Source of the DNA: Eledone cirrhosa
Lineage: Eukaryota
DNA length: 64,000 bases
NCBI GenBank assembly: GCA_964016885.1
Contig: OZ024740.1
Location: 177,878,001 to 177,942,000, forward strand
Direction: 5' to 3'
The notes below the pieces were generated by a model. The model was given only the letters and a program-made list of their open reading frames with translations, searched no databases and was not told the DNA's origin. Positions 30,041 to 41,609 of this stretch are shown here, in pieces; within the stretch, counting starts at the first letter, position 1, and every line of letters begins with the position of its first letter. The position numbers and the translations under genes are program-made.

Positions 30041-30180
30041 ACATAAACCAGTTCATTAAGAGGGTTATGGAAGTTGAGTAAGAAAGTAGAACTGCCTCCT
30101 GATACTGCAGATACTGTCTGTGGAGGCATGTCCGAGGGAATCAGAGCAGAACCATGTACGAAATAAGTTATTTGACCAAT
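30024..30180 (-). CDS. CFAP47: Coding exon of CFAP47-like gene whose 3' end and donor seed the satellite
   Basis: Acceptor ccatctttcag, donor TCAG|GTAAGA. 157 bp, phase 0 in and phase 1 out. Reads IGQITYFVHGSALIPSDMPPQTVSAVSGGSSTFLLNFHNPLNELVYVSVKLS(D). Phase 1 matches exon 5075-5282. Confidence 0.85.
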
Positions 30181-30743
30181 CTGAAAGATGGAGAAGTTCA
30201 AAAGTGATTTAGAAAAACAACAACAATGGGAAAGTATTTCAACGGTGTCAGTGTAGAAGATAGTAACAACAATCCAAAGTTGCAGTAACCAGTCAGCATA
30301 GTACACAATATTATCAGCTGAGGGATGTTGATGATGATGATGATGATGATGGCGGTGATGGTGGTGATGCCGATGATAATGATGAAAATAATTTAGAACT
30401 TATATAGAAGCAATATTGAAACTAATTTTGTTAAATCTGTCAATGTGCAGTTGTCCAATAAGAACTTCTGCCACATTGATCACACTAGTCTTACAAAGAC
30501 CATGGAAATAGCCCATTGCTTCAGAACAAAATCATTAAAAATAGTTTAAAACCAATTATGCAATAGTTACTAAAGAAATGAACATCGTGTATAGGCAGCT
30601 CTGAACACATTCATGCTCTTTAGGACATGGTGCCTTGTTTGCAAGGCTAGCAAAAAATCACTGAAATCTTAAATAAATACAGAAATAGTACTGACAATGG
30701 TCTTCAAATACTGTAATTCTACAGATTAATAAAGGAATCCTAC

Positions 30744-30963
30744 CCGTTTACTGTGGAATGTCACTCTACAAGGTAGACGTTTGAGAGATAACACTGAAGG
30801 CTTAAATGTCAGGGTCACATCCATATCAGAGTAAGGCTCCAAATGTAAGGTCTTTACTTCAATGAGGCCATCATATAGAAGGAAGTTGCTGTCACCGATT
30901 TCAGGGATTAGATCCAAAGACTGGTCCGAAGGATTAATTAAATGAATTGTTTGTGATGTGGAC
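30744..30963 (-). CDS. CFAP47: Coding exon of CFAP47-like gene
   Basis: Acceptor aaacacag, donor CGG|GTAGGA. 220 bp, phase 2 in and phase 0 out. Reads STSQTIHLINPSDQSLDLIPEIGDSNF...VTLTFKPSVLSLKRLPCRVTFHSKR, an Ig-like/ASH-type pattern (L.NP...F.PS). Confidence 0.85.
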
Positions 30964-31952
30964 CTGTGTTTCATATAATAAATAATACACAGAAAAGAAA
31001 AAGGAGAGGATATATATAAAAAGAACAGAAGACACACAGACAAAACAAGAAATAAAATTAAATCAATAGGCTTTTATTTTTTCAGTTAGTTCACAAGGTA
31101 TCATAATTATCATCATACCAGTGTGACTTGATCACTAATCCAATTCCACTACAGTCATCAAATCACAGTGTCATTACTAAGATTTTCATAACTCTTGAAA
31201 TAAATGAAAAGTGAATATAACTGTTTTTTTGTGTCTTAAACAACTGTTTTTTGTGTCTAAAACAACTTTATGATATAACTGTTTCAACATACGATGCCAG
31301 ATTAACTAATTTGAAAAACAGGCACAACAAAATTTTCAAAGCTTCAGCAGGTTACAAAATCCTTGAGGAATGGTGAGACAACTGTACAATTTCATTTCAT
31401 TACTGTGTTCTGCTTTATTTTGTACTTCTGAGGAGGCTTTGATTTTGTACTGCAATTAGAAATCCTTCTATCTCGGATTTTAGTCCAATACTTCATAACT
31501 AGTTTTTTGGCTTATCTACTTGCTCTCTATTCAGCTTTTGGGGGGTATTAACCATATAAGGCTTTTTCTTGCCATCATTTTAGCATGGTATTCTGGAGAT
31601 CTGTTTTCAACTTAGATTTTATGTTTTTCACAATTTCTGTTAATGATTCTTCTTTGTTTTCATTTTGCTCACAAATATCTATCAATCCAACTTCTATTTT
31701 GAATTTGTTTGCTTTATCATTATTATTATAATAATAGATGCCTTGCTTGTCTGGGAGGTCAGTAGCCCTGCAGTCAGTACTGACTTAGTCTATGTAGACA
31801 TGTCTAATTCAAGGAAAATGGATGTTAAATGATGATGATGATGTATATATCTTTGCCTGTAACTCATTAACATGTATAAACACAAATATACACACACATA
31901 TACTTGTAAACACAATGCATTTCCTATCTATTATATAATATTATTTATTATT

Positions 31953-32030
31953 GGATGCTGTGCTGAATAGGACCCATCCCACCCTTGCCAAGCAGGGAAA
32001 AGTGGACGTAAAATGATGATGATGATGATG
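31953..32030 (+). mobile_element. Short RTE (subfamily B) 3'-terminal fragment
   Basis: gatgctgtgctgaataggacccatcccacccttgccaagcagggaaaagtggacgtaaaa(tga)n matches 40902-40980. Confidence 0.75.
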
Positions 32031-32031
32031 A

Positions 32032-32270
32032 AGGGTGGTGGATTGGCAGTATCAGTAAAGGGTCGGACACCATGCTTTTCAGCACAGAGTTACAGCCCTT
32101 TATGATCTGAGCTCAAATCCTGCCAAGGTTAACTTTGCCTTTCATCCTTACAGGGTTGATAAAATAAAGTTCCAGTAATGCACTGGGGTCTATTTAATCG
32201 ACTTTCCCCTCTCCCCAAATGCTGATCTTGTACCTATAATAGAAATTATTATTATTATTATTATTATTAT
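32032..32270 (+). mobile_element. MetaSINE-type tRNA SINE
   Basis: A/B-box-like head, gcctttcatccttacagggttgataaaataaag core, (ATT)n tail. Confidence 0.7.
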
Positions 32271-32293
32271 AAGTAGTAGTGATGGACACTTAC

Positions 32294-32401
32294 ATTCCTA
32301 GCTGACATTGCATGAAAGCCAAGTTTACTGGTGAGGGAGGTTTACTCTCAAGGTATAAATCATACCAAAATTCACCAAAGTTTTGATTGAAGAATTTCAA
32401 C
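32294..32401 (-). CDS. CFAP47: Coding exon of CFAP47-like gene
   Basis: Acceptor ttttttcttatgcag, donor AT|GTAAGT. 108 bp, phase 2 in and out. Reads LKFFNQNFGEFWYDLYLESKPPSPVNLAFMQCQLG(M), with a GEFWY motif. Not in ORF track. Confidence 0.88.
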
Positions 32402-32477
32402 CTGCATAAGAAAAAAACAAAATAATTGTGTATGATAAACATACATATATGTGTGTGTATTATTATTATTATTATTA

Positions 32478-32688
32478 AGGGCGGTGAATTGGCAGTATTG
32501 GTAGAGGGTTGGATGCCATGCTTTGATGCATAGAGTTACGGCCCTTGCCATTCTGAGTTCAAATCCCGCCGAGGTTAACTTTGCCTTTCATCCTTACGGG
32601 GTCGATAAAATAAAGTACTAGTAATACACTGGGTAATTGCTGGCCTTGTGCCAAAAGTAGAAACAATTATTATTATTATTATTATTAT
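32478..32688 (+). mobile_element. MetaSINE-type tRNA SINE
   Basis: Full-length copy with tRNA-like head, Meta-like core and (ATT)n tail. Confidence 0.75.
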
Positions 32689-32904
32689 GCATGAAAATTC
32701 ATTATCACCAAAAGTTTCACAACCTAACAATATTGTAAAAGTGCAAGTTATGTCTATTAGCCATATCATCATGCAAATATGCGACTATATATATATATAT
32801 ATATATATATCCAGAGAGTGTAACGTGAAGTTACTGTAGGTTCATCTAGGTGAGCACTCGATGTTTAGGTTCACATCAGTGGCAAGGTGTAGAGCTAAAC
32901 AATG

Positions 32905-33210
32905 TGTAATATAATAATAATACAAGGATGATTTGTTAAGCCTTCATTACCTCTATTGATTAGCAATGTGTGTTTCGCTATTGATCAGCTCAAGGTTCGA
33001 TCTGTATCGACTTTGGAATCAAAAGCTCATTGGGCCTCTGCAGAGCTTTTGACTCCAGAGTCGGTTTAGATAAATACAGATCGAACCTTGAGCTGATCAA
33101 TAGCGAAACGCGCATCACCAATCAATAAATGTAATGAAGGCTTAACAAATCGTCCTTGTATTACTAATAATATGGTTTTATAAATATAGTTTCCATTTGT
33201 TAATATATTG
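32905..33210 (+). mobile_element. Short fold-back element, Penelope-like pLTR-derived, with degenerate hammerhead
   Basis: Inverted arms ~32914-33029 and ~33044-33165. Core CTGCAGA (33038) ... GAAACGCGCATC (33105). The 3' tail aatatggttttataaatatagtttccattt is shared with the PLE end at ~54313-54342. Confidence 0.65.
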
Positions 33211-33229
33211 TATATATATATATATATAT

Positions 33230-36200
33230 TTATATGCTTACATGTTCTCTCACCCCCTCCCTCTCTCTCCGCAAATATAAAATAAACCTGTCTAGAGTAC
33301 TGAACCAGAATTTGTTGAATCTTACTGCCGAATTGATTTGAGAAATGTAATGTATTCAGTTCATTTTCATGTCGTCTCTCCATGTTTCTTGGTCCATTTA
33401 CCTATCAGTATTTAAACTGTTATTAATCTGTTATATGTTCGTTTAACTTAGAATCTAATCTTTTCAATATTATGGATAAATCTGTAGGACCCGCAAAAAT
33501 AATCTTCTCGTATTTAAAACTCCTAGTATATTTGTTTAACTTTTCAATAATAAGGATGAATCTGCCAGACCTTTATAAAAATAATCTTCTCGTAAACTTT
33601 CCCATTTCCCTACCCCCGCCCCCACATGCCACATTTTCTATGCTCTCACACGCCACCATTGCTATTTGGTCCAATCATAATTCAGCGGTTTATAGTATGC
33701 TTCTCTTACCAATCTCTATCACAAAGCTACCGCCTCGGCTATTACTCCTTAAGTTTAGACCTGGTTGCTTTCCGATATGCTAAATGGACTACAGAATTTG
33801 GAGAGTCTGACCAATCAGAACACTCAATGACAATGTCAAAGATAAAGATAAATTCACCTCCTGTTGCCGGAGGAGAATGCAAGGACTCCTCTTTATTTCA
33901 GACATGGATGGCCAACATAATCCCATCTCCCACACCCTCCCTGCACCTCCAGCCCATCCCTTCCACCCACCCAACGAAATCCAAAACTTTGGAATTGGTA
34001 CCATGAATGTAGCCACTTTGAAAGGTCGCTCTAATGAGGTTGTAGAGTTGATTGAATGTAAGGAAGTTGATATTTGTTGTGTTCAAGAGACTAGGTGGAG
34101 GGGTGGTTCTGCTAGAACCATTGTGGGTAAAAAAACGATGCTATAAACTTTTCTGGGTGTGAAATGACAATATGCTTGGTGGAGTAGGAATTATGTTAGC
34201 AGAAAAATGGATAGATAAGGTAATTAACATAAATAGAGTGAACGACAGAATAATTAAAATAAGACTGGTCATAAATAGAACTACTGTGACAATAATATCC
34301 GCTTATGCACCACAATCTGGCCTACCTGACGTTATAAAAGACAGATTCTATGAGTCGCTAATGCTCACTACTTCCCAAATAACTGACAGTGACTACATAA
34401 TTATTGCTGGTGACCTAATGTTGGACATGTTGGACAACATTGTGATGGCTATGATGGAATCCATGGAGGCTATCGGTTCGGTACTAGAAATGAGGAAGGC
34501 TTCAGAATCCTGGAATTCTGTGATGCTAATAACCTATCTGTAACACAAACTTCAAAAACCGAGACAATCACTTGATCACCTATAGATCAGGGGAACACGC
34601 TAGCCAGATAGATTATATCCTTACTAGAAGACGTGACAGAGTGTCTGTTGTAAACACTAAATCCCTCCTCCGTGAAGAATGCACATCCCAACATAGCCTC
34701 ATAGTTAATGACCTCATAGTCAGGACTAGACATACTCGACAACAGAGGAGGACTACCCTGAGGAGAAGAATATGGAAGTTAAAGGACCTCACAGCCAGTA
34801 ACAAATTTAAAAGCATACTACTTGATGCTTTTGACAGTAAGGAAGAGCAATTAAAGATGTACAGTATAGAGGAACAGTGGGAATTCCTGAAAGTTAACCT
34901 GCTGAAGGCAATAGATGAAATCTGTGGCTAGAGCAGACCTATAGGCAGGAGGAGAGTAACATGGTGGTGGAACAGTAAGGTGGAGGAGTCAATCAAGGCC
35001 AAAAAACGCTAGGAAAGTATGGCAGGATGGGAGAAGTAGAGAAGACTATCAAGTGGCCAGGAGAGAAGCTAGGAGACAAGTGTACTTTGCAAGAAGGGAA
35101 GCAGAGGACCAAAAACATGAGGTGTTAGGATTGCAAGACAATGTGTCAAGGAAAACCATGATATTGTCGGGGAGAAGTGTGTCCGTAATGATGATGGTGT
35201 ACTTGCCCTCACTGATACTGATAAGAAGATAGCTTGGAAGTGTTACTACGAGAGACTACTAAATAAGGAGAATAAATGGCAAAACGATAGTCTGCCCCAA
35301 ATCGATCCAATAGAGGGACCAGCGGTGCAAGTTAAAGTTAGTATAATAAATAAGGCAATCAAAAATATGAAGACAGGCAAGGCAGCTGGGCCTTCAGATA
35401 TAGTTGCTGAGATGTTGAAAGCATCTGGAATGGTGGGACACACTATGGTCACCTGGATAGTAAACCAAGTATTACAGAATGGGGTCATAACAAATGACTG
35501 GCGTAGCAGCATCATCATTAACTGCTACAAGGGTAAAGGAGATACTCTAGATAGGGGAAACTATAGAAGCGTTAAGTTAGTTGACCAGGTCATGAAGGTC
35601 ACAGAAAGAGTTATAGCGCAACTAATCAGAGAGCAAAATGATCTAGATGAAATGTAGTTTGGATTTGTGTCAGGTAAAAGTACTACAGACGCTCTTTTCC
35701 TTGTATGACAACTACAGGAGAAGTACCTAGCTAAAAGTAAACCCCTCTACTTCGCTTTTGTTGACTTGGAGAAAGCCTTTGACAGAGTCCCCCACTCCAT
35801 TATCTGGTGGGCTCTTAGAAAACTAGGTGTAGATGAATGGCTTGTGAGAGCTATACAAGCCATGTATAAAGAAACAGTCAACAAGGTTAGAATTAACAAT
35901 GAATATAGTGAAGAATTTAGCGTAAAAGTTGGCGTTCATCAAGATTCTGTCCTTAGACCCCTCCTATTTATTATTGCTCTTCAGGCTATAACAGAGGAGT
36001 TCAGGACCGGCTGCCCATGGGAACTTCTATATGCAGATGATCTAACTCTCATAGTTGAATCGATGGCTGAACTAGAGAAGAAATTCCAAACATGGAAGCA
36101 TGGCCTAGAATCAAAAGGCCTTAAAGTTAACTTGTCTAAGACGAAAGTTCTAGTATGTAGAAAAGAAAATAGGGTACAGATACCCTCTGACAAATCGCCA

Positions 36201-37363
36201 TGCTCAGTGTGTAAGAAAGGAGTAGGCAGAAATTCCATATTATGTCCCAAATGCAAACTATGGGTACATAAAAGATGTAGTGGGATCACAGGTAAGCTAT
36301 CTAAGAACGTGATTTTATATGTGGCCGAAGCTCAGGTGCAATAAATAGCAAGTGCCCACAGGATGCTAGCTCCTTCTATTGCCCAGATGGTTCCATAGAT
36401 ATTGTGGACACCTTCCATTACCTGGGTGACAAAACCAGCAGTGGTGGAGGGTGCTCTGAAAGTACAGTAGCTAGATTCAGAACGGGATGGAAAAAGTTCA
36501 GAGAGCTTATACCACTATTGACCACTAACGGTTTCTCTTTAAAAATGAAGGCAGATTGTATGATGCCTGTATACGAACAGCAATGTTACATGGCAGTGAG
36601 ACATGGGCTTTGTGTGCAAAGGATCTGCGCAGACTGGAGAGGAACGAAACATCCATGCTCTGTTGGATGTCTAATAGTAATATACGCAAACGGCAAAGCA
36701 TAAATGAACTAAGTGAGAAATTAGGAATAAGAGGGATCAGATGCTGTTTACTTGAGAGAAGACTACGTTGGTATGGTCACGTGATGCACATGAAAGACGA
36801 CAGCTGTATAAAAAAGTGCAGGGTGATCAAAATAGACGGTAGCCACAGAGTAGGCAGACCCAGAAAATCCTGGGACGATTTGATAAATGCCAACCTCACA
36901 CGCTTACACCTCTCTAAGACAATGTCACTGGACCGAGAGCTTTGGCGCCACGCAATGATACAGAAGACCCGCCTTGCCTATGTACAAAGCGAAACCTAGA
37001 GTCAGTAGGCACCTCTCAACCAAATATATACACGATCCCACTACCCCTACTCCACCCCCCACTCCCACCAACACCACACTTTCTCTGTAAAGTTATGTTG
37101 GTACCACAACATCCAGTCCAAAATAAATGAGGTTGTGTAGGTGTCACGACAAAAAAACACACAGTACACGCTGTAATGTGGCCGTGTAGGTAACATGGTA
37201 AAAACCTCCCAGTTCCACACTGTAAACGTGGTTGGTGTTAGGAAGAGCATCCAGCCGTAGAAAACCTGCCACGCGACCAATCTTGCCTCAAGTAGGACAA
37301 TTCCCGTCTAAACCCATGCTAGCGTGAAAGATAGACGTTATACGTTGATGATGATGATGATGA
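33230..37363 (+). mobile_element. Near full-length but inactivated RTE-clade LINE (APE endonuclease, RT, PHD-type Zn finger), subfamily A
   Basis: GTMNVATLKGR...DICCVQETRW, SAYAPQ, QIDYIL (APE); KAAGP, EKAFDRV, LLYADDL (RT); CSVC..CPKC..HKRC; ERRLRWYGHV, GRPRKSW; (TGA)n tail. Multiple stops and frameshifts. The 5' boundary is approximate. Confidence 0.92.
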
Positions 37364-37379
37364 TATATATATAATATGT

Positions 37380-37762
37380 GAAGGCACATGGCTTAGTGGT
37401 TAGAGCATTGGGCTTGCAATCGAAAGGTTGTCGGTTCATTTCTCGGACCGGGTGATGTGTTGTTTCCTTGAGCAAGACACTTTATTTCATGTTGCTCCAG
37501 TTTACTCAGCTGTAGAAATGAGACGATAGGACTGGGGCCCCTATCGTTCCAATGAAACGTGTAGGTGCCACAGCAAAAAAAGCACCCAGTACTCACTGTA
37601 AATGAGGTTGGTGTTAGGAAGGGCATCCAGCTGTAGAAATCAAGCCAGAATCAGTTCCTGTATGAGCAAGACAAGGTCAGCTGACCGGACACTGCCCACA
37701 ACAGGACAACCCATCTAACTGATGCTAGCGTGGAAGAACGGACGTAAAACAGTGATGATGAT
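37380..37762 (+). mobile_element. tRNA-derived CORE-like SINE with RTE-derived 3' tail
   Basis: Head tggcttagtggttagagc...ggttcatttc, core ccttgagcaagacactttatttca. Tail shared with the RTE copies at 54561 and 58017. Confidence 0.75.
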
Positions 37763-37784
37763 ATATATTATATATATATTATAT

Positions 37785-37837
<53 letters not shown>

Positions 37838-37858
37838 ATATATATTATATATATATTA

Positions 37859-38378
37859 TTATACTTTTGGGAGGGTCATATTGTTGTAATAATATTGCCA
37901 GAAATAATAATACACTCACTGTTTGGTTGGTTTTCGCTTCTGTATCTTTTATATCTCCACAGTTAATTAATTCGGTCCTCAATGTTTAACATTGACTGAC
38001 CAACGGTAAAAAATACAGATATAATGTATTGTATATCTACGCCATCTTTTGGCGTAGATATACAATACAACAGGAGGAACATAATAGCACCACTGACGAT
38101 GTTGCAGATGTGCAATGAAAGAACTTTGTTAGACTATATATATGTGTTTATATCTATATTATATCTGTATTTTTTACCGTTGGTCAGTCAATGGTAAACA
38201 TTGAGGACCGAATGAATTAACTGTGGAGATATAAAAGATACAGAAGCGAAAACCAACCAAAAAGTGAGTGTGTTTTGTTATTAATTCTGGCAATAATATT
38301 ACAACAATATGACCCTCCCCAAGTATAACAATATTTGTTTCGACACACGATTTCATATAAAAAACATCGCAAAACAAA
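37859..38378 (+). mobile_element. (TA)n-flanked fold-back element with internal perfect hairpin and degenerate hammerhead core
   Basis: Inverted arms ~37859-38026 and ~38158-38328. Perfect 19-bp stem at 38026-38068. CTGACGA-T-GTTGCA-GATG-TGCAAT-GAAA at 38093-38120. Confidence 0.65.
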
Positions 38379-38690
38379 TATATATATTATATATGTATAT
38401 ATATATATATATTATATATTGTATATATATATTATATATATATATATTATATATATATTATATATATATATTATATATTGTATCATCATCATCATCATCA
38501 TCCTCGTTTAACGTCCACTTTCCATGCTAGCATGGGTTAGACGGTATATATATATATATATATATATTATATATTATATATATATATTATATATATTATA
38601 TATATTATATTAATAATATATATATATATATATTATAGATATATATTATATATATATAATATATATATATATATAATATATTATATATTA

Positions 38691-38732
<42 letters not shown>

Positions 38733-38876
38733 TATTATATATATTATATATTATATATATATATATATATATATTATATCATATATTAAATATATTATAT
38801 ATCAATATTATATATATTATATATCAATATTATATATATTATATATCAATATTATATATATTAGATATATATATTA
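38378..38876. repeat. (TA)n / (TATAT)n low-complexity tract containing a ~60 bp RTE tail remnant
   Basis: Direct inspection. Confidence 0.9.
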
Positions 38877-39090
38877 AAGGCGTGTGGCTGATTTGTTAGA
38901 GAACTGGATTCGCAATCGTGAGGTTTTTGGTTCGATTCCTGGACCGGGCGATGCATTATGTCCTTGAGCAAGACACTTTATTTCACATTTCTCCTTCTAC
39001 CTGGAGCTGCAACCAATAGATAGCATTAGCAATTGGAAAGACCAACGGAAAGATTGTTTTCTCGGTCCGATTTGACGAAAGATAATCAAC
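38877..39090 (+). mobile_element. CORE-like tRNA SINE with a different 3' tail
   Basis: aaggcgtgtggctgatttgttagag...ggttcgattcctggaccggg...ccttgagcaagacactttatttcac. Confidence 0.65.
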
Positions 39091-39536
39091 AAAAAAAATA
39101 TATATATATAAATATATATTATATATATTATATATATATTATATATATTATATATATTATATATATATTATATTTATATCTTATATATATTATAAATCCC
39201 ACCGAGGTCAACTTTGCCTTTCATCCTTATGGGGTCGATAAAATAAGTACCAGTAATGTACTGGATAATTGCTGGTCTTGTGCTAAAAAGTAGAAACAAT
39301 TATATATATATTATATATATATATCATATATATATTATATCATTTTCATTTCATTTCATTTTATGTCCGCTTTTTCCCTGCTTGCAAGGGTGGGACGAGA
39401 ACTGATGCTGGCTTGATTTCTACAGCTGGATGCCCTTCCTAACACCAACCTCATTTACAGTGAGTGCTGGGTGCTTTTTTGCCGTAGCATATATATATAT
39501 ATCATATATATCTATATGATATATATATATATAATA

Positions 39537-40982
39537 TGGATCAGGTCATAAAAGTGGCAGAAAGGATAATAGCGCAACTAATTAGAGAAAGTGTCAAACT
39601 AGATGAGATGCAGTTTGGTTTTGTGCCTGGGAAAAGTACAACGGATGTCCTCTTCTTATTGAGACAATTACAAGAGAGGTTCTTAGAGAAGAATAAGCCA
39701 CTATACTTAGCTTTTGTTGACCTAGAGAAGGCCTTTGATAGGGTACTCCAAGCTGTCATCTGGTGGTCCCTAAGGAAGCTAGGTGTTGAGGAATGGCTTG
39801 TGAGGACAGTGCAAGCTTTGTACAGAGGTGCTGTCAGTAAAGTGAAGGTAGGAATGGAGTTTAGTGAGGAATTCCAGATACAAGTAGAAGTACATCAGTG
39901 TTCGGTCCTCAACCCGCTCTTGTTCATTGTAGCCCTCCAAACCATAACTGAGAAGTTTAAGACTAGCTGTCCATGGCAACTTCTCTATGCTGACGATCTG
40001 GTTCTTATAGCAGAATCAGTAGAGGAGCTGGAGAATAAATTCTGGCTATGGAAACAGCAGTTGGAATCAAGAGGACTGAGAGTGAACCTAGCTAAGACAA
40101 AAGATGAGTAGAAAAGAGGACAAAACTCTGATTCCATCAGGGAAATGGCCATGTTCGATATGCAGAAAAGGAATTGGCATAACTTCTATAAAATGTACAC
40201 AATGCAGATCTTGGGTACACAAGAGATGTAGTGGGATAGCAGTCAAACTAACAGGTAGGGAGAAATACATATGTAGTAGATGTACAGGGAAATTAGACAG
40301 TAGAAGTCGCATTGATAGACACATTTTTCAAATGTAGGTGGGTGTTATAGAACTGGTTGATAGCTTCCAGTACCTAGGTGATCAGATTAGCATGGGAGGG
40401 GGCTGTTTTGAGGCCATAGTATCTAGAATAAGGACGGGTTGGAAGAAGTTTAGGGAGCTGCTTCCTCTGCTGACGAAGAAGGGTTTCTCCCTGCATACGA
40501 AAGGCTGGTTATATGATGCCTGTGTGAGGTGTGCGATGCTGCATGGTAGTAAGACATGGGCAGCAACTGCAGAGGATATGCGAGGACTGGAGAGAAATGA
40601 GGAAAGCATGCTCTGTTGGATGTGCAATGTCAATGTGCGTGAATGCCCAAGCATGGACGTGTTGAAAGAGAAACTGTGTCTGACAGAGATAAATTGGTGT
40701 GTGCAGGAGAGGAGACTGCGATGGTATGGACATGTGATGCGCATGGAAGATGACCGATGGGTGAAGAAGTGCCAAGCAATGCCAGTTGAAGGAAGATGTA
40801 GTAGAGGAAGACCACGAAAAACATGGGCGGAGATGGTGAGAGCAGACCTCAGATCGCTGAAGCTCACGATGGAGATGACGAAGGACCGTGACAAGTGGAG
40901 AGATGCTGTGCTGAATAGGACCCGTCCCACCCTTGCAAGCAGGGAAAAGCGGACGTAAAATGATGATGGTGATGATGATGAT
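39537..40982 (+). mobile_element. 5'-truncated RTE LINE, subfamily B (RT, PHD finger, C-terminus), decayed
   Basis: QFGFVPGKSTTD, FVDLEKAFDRV, LLYADDL, CSIC..CTQC..HKRC..CSRC, ERRLRWYGHV, GRPRKTW. (ATG)n tail. Starts directly after (TA)n. Confidence 0.92.
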
Positions 40983-40991
40983 ATATATATA

Positions 40992-41591
40992 CTAGCAGAA
41001 TGGCCCGGCGTTGCTCGGGATTTTCTCTAGGGTTCTTATATATTTGATATATATTTATCCCTATCAAGCCTCGTGAAATAAATATGTTTGTTTATATTTT
41101 GTTATTGGGTGTGCAAAAATATCTGTACACAAATATATAATTATATATATATATATATATATTAAAATAACAGATTAAAGTTTAAGCAAAGAATCGCTGC
41201 TTTCACCCTTAACAGGATCTTCTGAAACTAAAAAAAATCAATCTGTGAACGCAGAAGTAAATATTTCGAAAAACGTTACACACTATATATACATATATAC
41301 AGTCACACACAGCGTCATAATGTCGTAATGCAGACAGCCAGATATACAGACAGATATTATAAGGGCACAACGTTATATCTATGTATCTATCTAAAAAGAA
41401 AGACTAAGAATTATAGAGAGATCACTAAATCGCCTAATATGGTCCTTAGGGCATTGAAAATTTGAAATATATTTTGCTCAAAACACTCACAGGACCATAA
41501 GTATAACATGTGTAAAGTTTGAAAACAGTCGGTTGGGTGGATCTCGAGTTTTAGGGAGTCAGACAGACAGACAGACATTCTCTGTTTTAGA
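40992..41591 (-). mobile_element. Non-autonomous Helitron-like element
   Basis: Minus strand: 5' TC(TAAAACAGAGAATG(TCTG)n) and 3' hairpin CCCGAGCAACGCCGGG followed by CTAG. Inserted in (TA)n. Confidence 0.65.
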
Positions 41592-41609
41592 TAAATATAT
41601 ATATATATA

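Noticed and set aside
30037-30043. Alternative donor TAT|GTGAGT 19 nt upstream of the chosen donor
   Set aside because: It gives phase 0, incompatible with the phase-1 acceptor at 5282. It cannot be excluded as a minor site.
37380-37455. tRNA-like sequences at SINE heads (also 32478, 38877, 62483)
   Set aside because: A/B boxes only, with no complete cloverleaf, and they run into SINE cores. Not tRNA genes.
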